From: Clostridia bacterium | Lineage (GTDB): Bacteria > Bacillota > Clostridia > Oscillospirales > CAG-272 | Direction of reading: 5' to 3' | DNA: 64,000 nt | NCBI GenBank assembly: GCA_028720145.1 | Contig: JAQYLJ010000067.1 | Location: 91,890 to 155,889 of the forward strand | Shown: piece after piece, positions 57,333 to 64,000 of the stretch | How the letters are laid out: each line of letters begins with the position of its first letter | How positions within the stretch are numbered: position 1 is the first letter of the stretch | The notes under the pieces: generated by a model | What the model saw: the letters and a program-made list of their open reading frames with translations, nothing else | Told to the model about the DNA's origin: nothing | Database searches by the model: none | Position numbers and translations under genes: made by a program

Positions 57333-57361
57333 ATTATATCTCTTCGTTAAAAAATTGTCAA
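57333..57361 (-). promoter_or_regulatory. Consensus SigA promoter for rimI-tsaD-rex-dnaD-loader
   Basis: On the minus strand: TTGACA (57361-57356), exactly 17 nt, TATAAT (57338-57333), about 60 nt upstream of ATG 57272. Confidence 0.6.
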
Positions 57362-57381
57362 TCTCACGCGAACACAAAATG

Positions 57382-57409
57382 AAAAAACAGCGGACGACCG
57401 CTGTTTTTT
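57382..57409 (-). terminator. Rho-independent terminator after pncB (A6/T6 flanked, potentially bidirectional)
   Basis: AACAGCGG (57386-57393), loop ACGA, CCGCTGTT (57398-57405), with T-runs on both strands. Confidence 0.6.
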
Positions 57410-57456
57410 CAAAAAGAAATTTCAAAAAGAAACGAAATCACGGGGAAAGTACGCAG

Positions 57457-58911
57457 TTACCGCGATTCTTTCGCGTATTCCGAGAGCATCTTCTGCTTGA
57501 TGGCAAAGAGCTTCTCGGAGAGGTCGACATAGTAGGTATGGGGGTTTTCAAACCGCTTGACTTCTTCCCAGAGATGGGCGACCCGATCACAGCAGTAGGC
57601 GCGCGTCTCGTCGACGCTCGGCACCCGATAGACGAGTTCCCCGTTCTTGAAGATGGGGACGAGCAGTTCTTTCGCCTCGAAATTGACAAGGGTTTTCTGC
57701 TTCCATGTCTCGTGTTGATCGAAAATGGTGAGGGGTTTCGTGTCGTCGATGGTCTCATCGTAGACACAGATTTGATCTGCCAGCGCCATCCCCGTCTCAC
57801 GGTCATAGAGCCGCCAGACGCGCTTGAAGTGCGGGTTGGTGATTTTCGCCGTAGACTCGCTGATCTTGATGCGCGGTACCAGTACGCCGTCCTCTTCCAC
57901 CGCCGCGAGTTTGTAGACCCCGCCGAAGACGGCATCCGATTTCGCGGTGATCAGGCGCTCGCCCACCCCGAAGGTGTCGATGCAGGCGCCCTGACGGATG
58001 AGGTCGCGGATGGTGTACTCGTCGAGCGAGTTGGAGGCGTATATCTTACAGCCCGAAAGACCCGCCGCGTCCAGCATTTTACGCGCCTGTTTGGAGAGGT
58101 ACGCCATGTCGCCCGAGTCGAGACGAATCCCGAAGTTGGTAATCCCGCGGGGCAGAAGCACCTCTTTGAACGCGCGAATGGCGTTCGGCACCCCGCTTTT
58201 CAGCACATTGAAAGTATCGACGAGCAAGACTGCGTTGGTGGGGAAAATCTCGCAGTAGGTCTTGAATGCCTCATATTCGCTCTCGAACATCTGCACCCAT
58301 GCGTGCGCCATGGTGCCGCCCGCAGGGACCCCATACGCCATGTCGGTCAGGGCGCAGGCGGTGCCGTGGCATCCGCCGACATAGGCGGCTCTCGCACCGG
58401 CGATCGCGCCGTCTGCTCCCTGCGCGCGGCGGGAGCCGAACTCGAGCACGACGCGCCCCTCGGCGGCGCGGACAATGCGGTTCGCCTTGGTGGCGATGAG
58501 CGACTGATGGTTGAGGGTCAGGAGCAGATAGGTCTCCATGAGTTGGGACTCGATCGCAGGGGCATAGACCGTGAGGATGGGCTCCCCGGGGAATACGGGC
58601 GTCCCCTCGGGGACGGCGTAAATGTCACCCGTGAAGCGGAAATTCCGAAGATAGTCGAGGAAATCCTCGTCAAAGAGGTTCTTCGCCCGCAGATAGGCGA
58701 TATCCTCTTCCTCAAAATGCAAATCCTTTACATATTCGATGATCCGCGCAAGACCTGCCGCCACGGCGAATCCGCCGCCGTCGGGAATGTCGCGGAAAAA
58801 GACATCGAACACGGTCTTTCTCTTGTAGTATCCCGTTTTGAAATAGCCGTAACTCATGGTGAACTCGTAAAAGTCCACGAGCATGGCGGGATTCATGTGT
58901 ACTGCTTCCAT
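57457..58911 (-). CDS. pncB: Nicotinate phosphoribosyltransferase
   Basis: LVDFYEFTMSYGYFK...FGSRRAQG...GTMAHAWVQ...IRLDSGD...GVGERLIT are NAPRTase family motifs. AAGGAG lies 5 nt before ATG 58911. Confidence 0.92.
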   Translation of the reverse strand: MEAVHMNPAMLVDFYEFTMSYGYFKTGYYKRKTVFDVFFRDIPDGGGFAVAAGLARIIEYVKDLHFEEEDIAYLRAKNLFDEDFLDYLRNFRFTGDIYAVPEGTPVFPGEPILTVYAPAIESQLMETYLLLTLNHQSLIATKANRIVRAAEGRVVLEFGSRRAQGADGAIAGARAAYVGGCHGTACALTDMAYGVPAGGTMAHAWVQMFESEYEAFKTYCEIFPTNAVLLVDTFNVLKSGVPNAIRAFKEVLLPRGITNFGIRLDSGDMAYLSKQARKMLDAAGLSGCKIYASNSLDEYTIRDLIRQGACIDTFGVGERLITAKSDAVFGGVYKLAAVEEDGVLVPRIKISESTAKITNPHFKRVWRLYDRETGMALADQICVYDETIDDTKPLTIFDQHETWKQKTLVNFEAKELLVPIFKNGELVYRVPSVDETRAYCCDRVAHLWEEVKRFENPHTYYVDLSEKLFAIKQKMLSEYAKESR

Positions 58912-59162
58912 GGTGACTCCTTTCGCACCCCCTCGGTGCGTCTGCGGAACTTCTCCGCATTTTTTGATTGCTTTATTCTATCACGAATCGCATGGACGGT
59001 CAAGGGCAAAGCGGCGGTATTTCAGATGCGTGTTTCTGCGGTGTTTTCCGCTGTCGCCGCGCGAGGAATGAGTGCCAAAAACGACAAATAGTATCGGATA
59101 TTTTATTGACGGCGCGAAAAGACGCGGGTACAATCATAGAAAAGAACCTCGGGAGGTGTCCT

Positions 59163-59993
59163 ATGAAAAAGAGTTTCGCGCATCTTGAACCGCCGGTCCT
59201 CGCCGCCGTCATCAAAGAGAAGACCCCCGCCGCCGCCATCGCCGCCATCCGTGCGGCAGAGGAACACGGCGCCATGGCGTTCGACCTGCACCTTTCCTGT
59301 CTCGATGAAGAGTATCAGACAGTCGAGCAGATCAAGTCCATCGTGGACGCGACCGAGAAACCCATGTTGGGGCTCAATTACAATGTCAAGGTGGATACCG
59401 GCATTTACGAATGTTCCGAAGAAGACCGCGTCGCGCTCTTATGGAAAGCGGCGGAGGCGGGCATCGCGGCGGTGGATATCCAAGGGTATACCTACGATCT
59501 CGCCGCCAAAGAGGGATACCACGGCGACCCGTCCTATTCCTTCGCTCCCGTCAACCCGAAAGAGGTGGTTACCGACGAGGCGGTGATCCACCGTCAGAGG
59601 GACCTCATCGACGCGTTCCACGCAAACGGCACCGAAGTGCTTTTGAGTAACCATCCGCTCGTTCGGATGACGGCGGAGCAGATACTCGATCTCGCGAAGT
59701 TCGTCGCCGAGAGGAATCCCGATGTCATTAAAATCGTCTCGTGGTGCGAGACCGACAGGGATGTCGCAGAGGCAGTAAAGGCGATGGTGCTCCTCCACAG
59801 CGAAATCAAAGGACCGCAAATCCATTTCCACGCGAGCGGACCCAAGGGCAGAGTGACGCGGCTCGTCAACCCGCTACTCGGGGCGTATCTCACCTTCTGC
59901 GTCGACAAGTACGGTCCCGGGCACGATGTCAACCAAATGCCGCTCGCAACCATGAAAGAGATTTTCGACCGTGCGAAACAGTTTATGAACTGA
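59163..59993 (+). CDS. Type I 3-dehydroquinate dehydratase-like protein
   Basis: GGGAGG precedes ATG 59163. PVLAAVIKEKTP...GAMAFDLHLSCL and LLSNHPL...PDVIKIVSW resemble the DHQase-I patterns (E/D-L-R-.D; S.H.F; D..KI). Function is tentative. Confidence 0.55.
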   Translation: MKKSFAHLEPPVLAAVIKEKTPAAAIAAIRAAEEHGAMAFDLHLSCLDEEYQTVEQIKSIVDATEKPMLGLNYNVKVDTGIYECSEEDRVALLWKAAEAGIAAVDIQGYTYDLAAKEGYHGDPSYSFAPVNPKEVVTDEAVIHRQRDLIDAFHANGTEVLLSNHPLVRMTAEQILDLAKFVAERNPDVIKIVSWCETDRDVAEAVKAMVLLHSEIKGPQIHFHASGPKGRVTRLVNPLLGAYLTFCVDKYGPGHDVNQMPLATMKEIFDRAKQFMN

Positions 59994-60038
59994 CTTTCGG
60001 CGAAGAAACAGACTGAGGCAGAAAACATAAAAGCAGAA

Positions 60039-60085
60039 CGCGGCTCGGCACAGAATCGCCCGAGCCGCGATTTCTCTTTGTTTTC
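60039..60085 (+). terminator. Rho-independent terminator candidate
   Basis: CGCGGCTCGGC / GCCCGAGCCGCG stem, followed by ATTTCTCTTTGTTTT. Confidence 0.5.
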
Positions 60086-60213
60086 CGCATTTTGAAAATC
60101 CTTTTGATAATCGATAGAAGTGAAACGAATAATTTCTATTGCGTTTATAGAGCGTTCATATTATTCTCTTATGATGGATAGTAAATGAAATCACCCGCTC
60201 GGGGAGGCAAGAA

Positions 60214-63200
60214 ATGCTTACACTCACCAATATCCGCAAAGACTACGGAACAGACTCCGATACCGTACACGCCCTGCGCGGCGTGTCTCTCCGATTCCGC
60301 CCGCATGAATTCGTCGCTATCTTGGGTCCGTCGGGTTGCGGGAAGACGACGCTGCTCAATATCATCGGCGGACTCGACCACTATACCGACGGCGACCTCG
60401 TCATCGGCGGCGTGTCCACCAAAGAATACAAAGACCACGACTGGGATGTCTATCGCAACCACCGCGTGGGATTCATCTTTCAGAACTACAACCTGATTCC
60501 TCACCAGACGGTTCTCGCGAATGTGGAACTTGCCCTGACCCTCTCGGGCATCCCGAAGTCCGAGCGCCGTCTCCGCGCGACCGAGGCGCTGACACAGGTC
60601 GGGCTGGGGGATCAACTCAAAAAGAAGCCGGGGCAGATGTCGGGCGGACAAATGCAGAGAGTCGCGATCGCCCGCGCACTTGTGAACCATCCGGAAATCG
60701 TGCTCGCGGATGAGCCGACCGGCGCGCTCGATACCCAGACCTCCGTGCAGATCATGGAGATTCTCAAAGAGATCTCCGCGGATAAACTCATCGTCATGGT
60801 GACCCATAACCCCGAACTCGCCGAGCGGTACGCCACGCGTATCATTCGGGTGCTCGACGGGCAGGTGATCTCGGACTCGAATCCTTACGACGGTTTCTCG
60901 GAAGAGTTACCGCCCGAAACCGAGGAGAACGAGAGCGCGGAGACCCGTGAAACGACCGAGGCGGTCGAGACCGCGAAAACCGTCGAGACTCCCGAGGCGG
61001 GTGCGCTCGCGGAAGAAGCGGGGACAGACGGGGCGACCCCCAAAAAGAAGAAACCGGGGAAAGCGAAAAAGCAAAAGACCTCCATGTCTTTTTGGACAGC
61101 GCTCTCCCTCTCGCTCAATAACCTGCTCACCAAAAAGACGCGGACCTTTCTCACCGCGTTCGCGGGGTCGATCGGCATCATCGGCATCGCCCTGATCCTC
61201 TCGCTCTCGAATGGGATCGGCATCTTTATCGACCGCGTGCAGGAAGACGCGCTCTCCTCGTACCCGGTAGAGATCTCCGCGAATACCATGGATCTCGCCG
61301 CTATGCTCTCGGCATTCCAAGGGACGGGAGACGATGACTTCACGCCCGAGGACGGGAAGGTCTATTCGGGCGACCAACTCTCGGGGCTGACCAAAGCCAT
61401 CTTCGACGGATATAAGGAAAACGACCTCGTGGCGCTGAAAGAGTACATCGAAAGTGATGAGAGTACCCTGAAACAGCACGCCACGGTGCAGTATCACTAC
61501 GGTGTCACGCCGCAGGTGTACCATGTGACCGAAAACGAGGACGGCACCTCCGAGTATCTCGCCGTCAGTCCGTCCGAAGTGTACGATACCCTCATGACCT
61601 ATATGGGCATGGAAGAGGGCAGCATGACCATGACCGTATGGGACGAAATCATTGACAACCCCGACCTGCTCGAAAAGCAGTATTCGGTTTTGGAAGGGCA
61701 TTGGCCCGAGAACTACGACGAAGTGGTGATTGTCACCGATAAGAACCACAAGGTTTCGGATATCATGCTCTACGCCATCGGGCTCAAAGACCAAGACGAA
61801 CTCATGGGGCTCCTCTCCGGCAAGGAGAACGAGGGCTCGAAGAAAGAGTGGACTTATGAGGAACTTTTGGGCACGACCTATCGCATGGTGCTCGCGGCGG
61901 ACTACTATGAACCGAACGCCGACGGCGGGTACGACGATATCCGAAAGAGGGCGGGCGGACTCGCAGACCTGCTCTCCGACGAGAGCAAAGTCGTCACGCT
62001 GAAAGTCGTCGGAGTCGTCGCCGCCAATCCCGACGCGACCGCGACCTCCATCAGCGGTGTCGTCGGCTATTCCTCCGCGCTGACGAGGTACATCGTGAAC
62101 GAGACGACCAAACAGAACCCCGACGGCACCTATGTCTATCCCATCGTCGGCAAACAGCTTGAAAACGAAGATTTCGATGTCATTCAGAACAAGCCCTTCT
62201 ATGTCGAGGATACCTCGGACACCGCCGCCAAAGCGGAGAAACTGGACGCATGGCTCGCGAGTGCCACCGATGAGGAGATCGCCGTGCAGTACGGAGAGAA
62301 CCTCGACAGCATCCTGTTCGTGAAGCTCTACAACGAAGCATACGGGCAAATCGTCAGCGGCGGGAAGACGCGGGAGCAACTGATAAACGGCATCGAAGAG
62401 ATGATGGAAAACGACTCTCTCTTATTCAGCCGCGTCAAGAGACAGCTCGCGAAGATGAAGACTCCGGGCGCGGATGAACTCGCCGCGAACCTCAGCGATT
62501 CGAGCGCGTTCAAGAACTTCCTGACCCTCTTAAAGAATAGAAAGACAGACGCGCCGGAAGAGTACACCATTCCCGATGAGTACGCGATGCCCCTCTTACA
62601 GGGACTGTACCCGCTGTTCGACCTCATCTCCGAGGGGACCTATGACATCTTGCTCGAAGAGGCGCGGGCGAACCTCGAAAGCAAAGATCCGACCGAGCGG
62701 GCGAACGATTACCGCGCGTATGTCAGACAGCTGGAGGGGGAGACCGAAGAGACCGCCGCCGCTGCCGTACCGGTGAAAGCCATGCTCTGGGACACCTACT
62801 ATCAGTCCACCACCTCGAAGAGCACCTATCGGGCGAATTGCCGTCTCTTGGGAATTACGAACGAGGACACCCCCTCCGCCATCTATCTCTACCCGATTTC
62901 GTTCGCGGATAAGGATGCCATCGTTGACGAGATTGACAGGTATAATCAGAACAACCCGAACAAACAGATTACCTATACCGACTATATCGGCATCATGCTG
63001 AACTCGGTTTCGGTCATTCTGCAAGTCATCACCTATGTCTTGGTCGCGTTCGTCAGTATCTCGCTCGTGGTGTCCTCCATCATGATCGGGATCATCACCT
63101 ATATCTCGGTGCTCGAAAGAATCAAGGAGATCGGGATTCTCCGTGCCATCGGCGCATCCAAGCGGGACATCTCCCATGTGTTCCAGGCAGAGACGCTCAT

Positions 63201-63432
63201 CGTCGGCTTTACCGCGGGGGTCATCGGGATTCTCTTCACGCTCATCCTGTGCATCCCGGTCAATGTACTGATTCGCGCACTCTCCGGCTTCCGTGAAATC
63301 GGCGCTTCGCTGCCCGTGCTCGGTGCGGTCATTCTGATTCTCATCAGTATGGGACTCACACTCATTGCAGGACTGATCCCCGCGCGCATCGCGGCGAAAA
63401 AAGAGCCGGTCGAAGCACTGCGCTCGGAGTAA
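60214..63432 (+). CDS. Fused MacB-type ABC transporter: N-terminal ATPase, acidic linker, TM1, large extracytoplasmic domain, C-terminal FtsX permease
   Basis: GGGGAGG precedes ATG 60214. Walker A GPSGCGKTT, MSGGQMQRVAIARAL, VLADEPTGALD. C-terminus ...LERIKEIGILRAIGASKRDI... with three TM helices (FtsX-like). Confidence 0.88.
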   Translation: MLTLTNIRKDYGTDSDTVHALRGVSLRFRPHEFVAILGPSGCGKTTLLNIIGGLDHYTDGDLVIGGVSTKEYKDHDWDVYRNHRVGFIFQNYNLIPHQTVLANVELALTLSGIPKSERRLRATEALTQVGLGDQLKKKPGQMSGGQMQRVAIARALVNHPEIVLADEPTGALDTQTSVQIMEILKEISADKLIVMVTHNPELAERYATRIIRVLDGQVISDSNPYDGFSEELPPETEENESAETRETTEAVETAKTVETPEAGALAEEAGTDGATPKKKKPGKAKKQKTSMSFWTALSLSLNNLLTKKTRTFLTAFAGSIGIIGIALILSLSNGIGIFIDRVQEDALSSYPVEISANTMDLAAMLSAFQGTGDDDFTPEDGKVYSGDQLSGLTKAIFDGYKENDLVALKEYIESDESTLKQHATVQYHYGVTPQVYHVTENEDGTSEYLAVSPSEVYDTLMTYMGMEEGSMTMTVWDEIIDNPDLLEKQYSVLEGHWPENYDEVVIVTDKNHKVSDIMLYAIGLKDQDELMGLLSGKENEGSKKEWTYEELLGTTYRMVLAADYYEPNADGGYDDIRKRAGGLADLLSDESKVVTLKVVGVVAANPDATATSISGVVGYSSALTRYIVNETTKQNPDGTYVYPIVGKQLENEDFDVIQNKPFYVEDTSDTAAKAEKLDAWLASATDEEIAVQYGENLDSILFVKLYNEAYGQIVSGGKTREQLINGIEEMMENDSLLFSRVKRQLAKMKTPGADELAANLSDSSAFKNFLTLLKNRKTDAPEEYTIPDEYAMPLLQGLYPLFDLISEGTYDILLEEARANLESKDPTERANDYRAYVRQLEGETEETAAAAVPVKAMLWDTYYQSTTSKSTYRANCRLLGITNEDTPSAIYLYPISFADKDAIVDEIDRYNQNNPNKQITYTDYIGIMLNSVSVILQVITYVLVAFVSISLVVSSIMIGIITYISVLERIKEIGILRAIGASKRDISHVFQAETLIVGFTAGVIGILFTLILCIPVNVLIRALSGFREIGASLPVLGAVILILISMGLTLIAGLIPARIAAKKEPVEALRSE

Positions 63433-63500
63433 CAGCATTTTCCTCACGAAAAAGGTAAAACATGCCCCGACAGATCTATCGGGGGCAGGGAGGCGACAAC

Positions 63501-64000
63501 ATGGCAGAGACTGTTTTTCGGTCCCACGGACTCAGTGCACGGGTACTTCCTTTCGGAACTTATGACATTTTACCGCGAGAGAAAAGGCGCGGGGAGGGAT
63601 TCCTCGCCGCGCGCATGACCGAGGTGGTTCGCGTATCGGACACCGCGCTCACCGAAGAAATCCCGCAGTTGACCCCCGCGCTCTGGAAACTGTTTTTTGA
63701 GACGGGCGAGCGGCAGGGGTTTGAGACCCCGTATTTCGAGCGTCGAAAGATGCTCGTCTGCCTGACCCTTGCCGAAGCGTGGAAAGGGGAGGGCAGGTAT
63801 CTCGCGAAAATCCGTGAGGTGCTCGACGCCATCCTCGCGGAACCGACATGGGTGATTCCCGCCCACCTCGAACAGGACAGCGACTATCGCGCGTCCGAGG
63901 GGATCCCGCCCGTCTATCGCCCCGGGCGGGAACAGGGACTCGACATCATGGCGGGCGAGAGCGGCGCGTGCGTCGCGGTGACCCTCTACTATCTCGGCGA
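63501..64000 (+). CDS. Hypothetical protein, possibly heparinase II/III-like (alginate-lyase-fold N-terminal region); 3' end outside window
   Basis: Hand translation from ATG 63501 (GGGAGG at 63488-63493): MAETVFRSHGLSARVL...ALWKLFFETGERQGFETPYFERRKMLVCLTLAEAWKGEGRYL...ILAEPTWVIPAH... The frame is open to the window end, so it is absent from the ORF track. Confidence 0.45.
   Translation, partial: MAETVFRSHGLSARVLPFGTYDILPREKRRGEGFLAARMTEVVRVSDTALTEEIPQLTPALWKLFFETGERQGFETPYFERRKMLVCLTLAEAWKGEGRYLAKIREVLDAILAEPTWVIPAHLEQDSDYRASEGIPPVYRPGREQGLDIMAGESGACVAVTLYYLG

Noticed and set aside
58968-59162. 65-codon N-terminal extension of the dehydroquinase-like ORF; likewise the track starts at 1290, 3644, 6919, 17321, 25285, 36608, 43560, 44984, 48575 and 57425
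   Set aside because: In each case an internal ATG with a good Shine-Dalgarno begins the recognisable N-terminus (signal peptide or family motif). The upstream codons overlap promoters, terminators or the preceding gene.

Overview
High-GC chromosomal segment that looks like an endospore-forming Firmicute of the Clostridia type. The taxon call is an inference from dpaAB, rex, a DnaD-domain protein plus a DnaC/DnaI loader, and lipobox usage. I saw no rRNA, tRNA, CRISPR array, transposase, integrase or phage genes. About 45 kb in the middle (7.7-52.4 kb) is a surface-proteome island made of two convergent transcription blocks. The plus-strand block holds a 3133-aa lipoprotein (Listeria-Bacteroides repeats, FN3-like modules and a very long BspA-type LRR array). 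It is followed by a seven-gene unit in which a Bat-like MoxR AAA+/DUF58/BatA-vWA/double-vWA cassette runs directly, with an ATGA overlap, into a 924-aa LRR lipoprotein and a 1683-aa orphan lipoprotein. The minus-strand block is a roughly 19 kb co-directional string: repeat lipoprotein, oversized OppA, OppBCDF, a small tail-anchored protein, a 2345-aa subtilisin (S8)-PA-Big_2-LRR cell-envelope proteinase with a C-terminal TM anchor, and a 1051-aa LRR lipoprotein. The flanks are housekeeping genes: two trigger-factor-like paralogues around rnhA, a Zn-ribbon/Sel1 protein, dpaAB, a rimI-tsaD-rex-dnaD-dnaI string, pncB, a type I dehydroquinase-like gene, a fused MacB-type ABC transporter and a partial lyase-like ORF. 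The many very long antisense ORFs in the track are GC3/codon-bias artefacts. The best candidates for new biology are the coupling of the MoxR/vWA cassette to specific giant LRR lipoproteins, the proteinase+Opp+LRR locus, and the 1683-aa lipoprotein built from degenerate lipocalin-like modules. All function calls come from reading motifs by eye; no database search was run.
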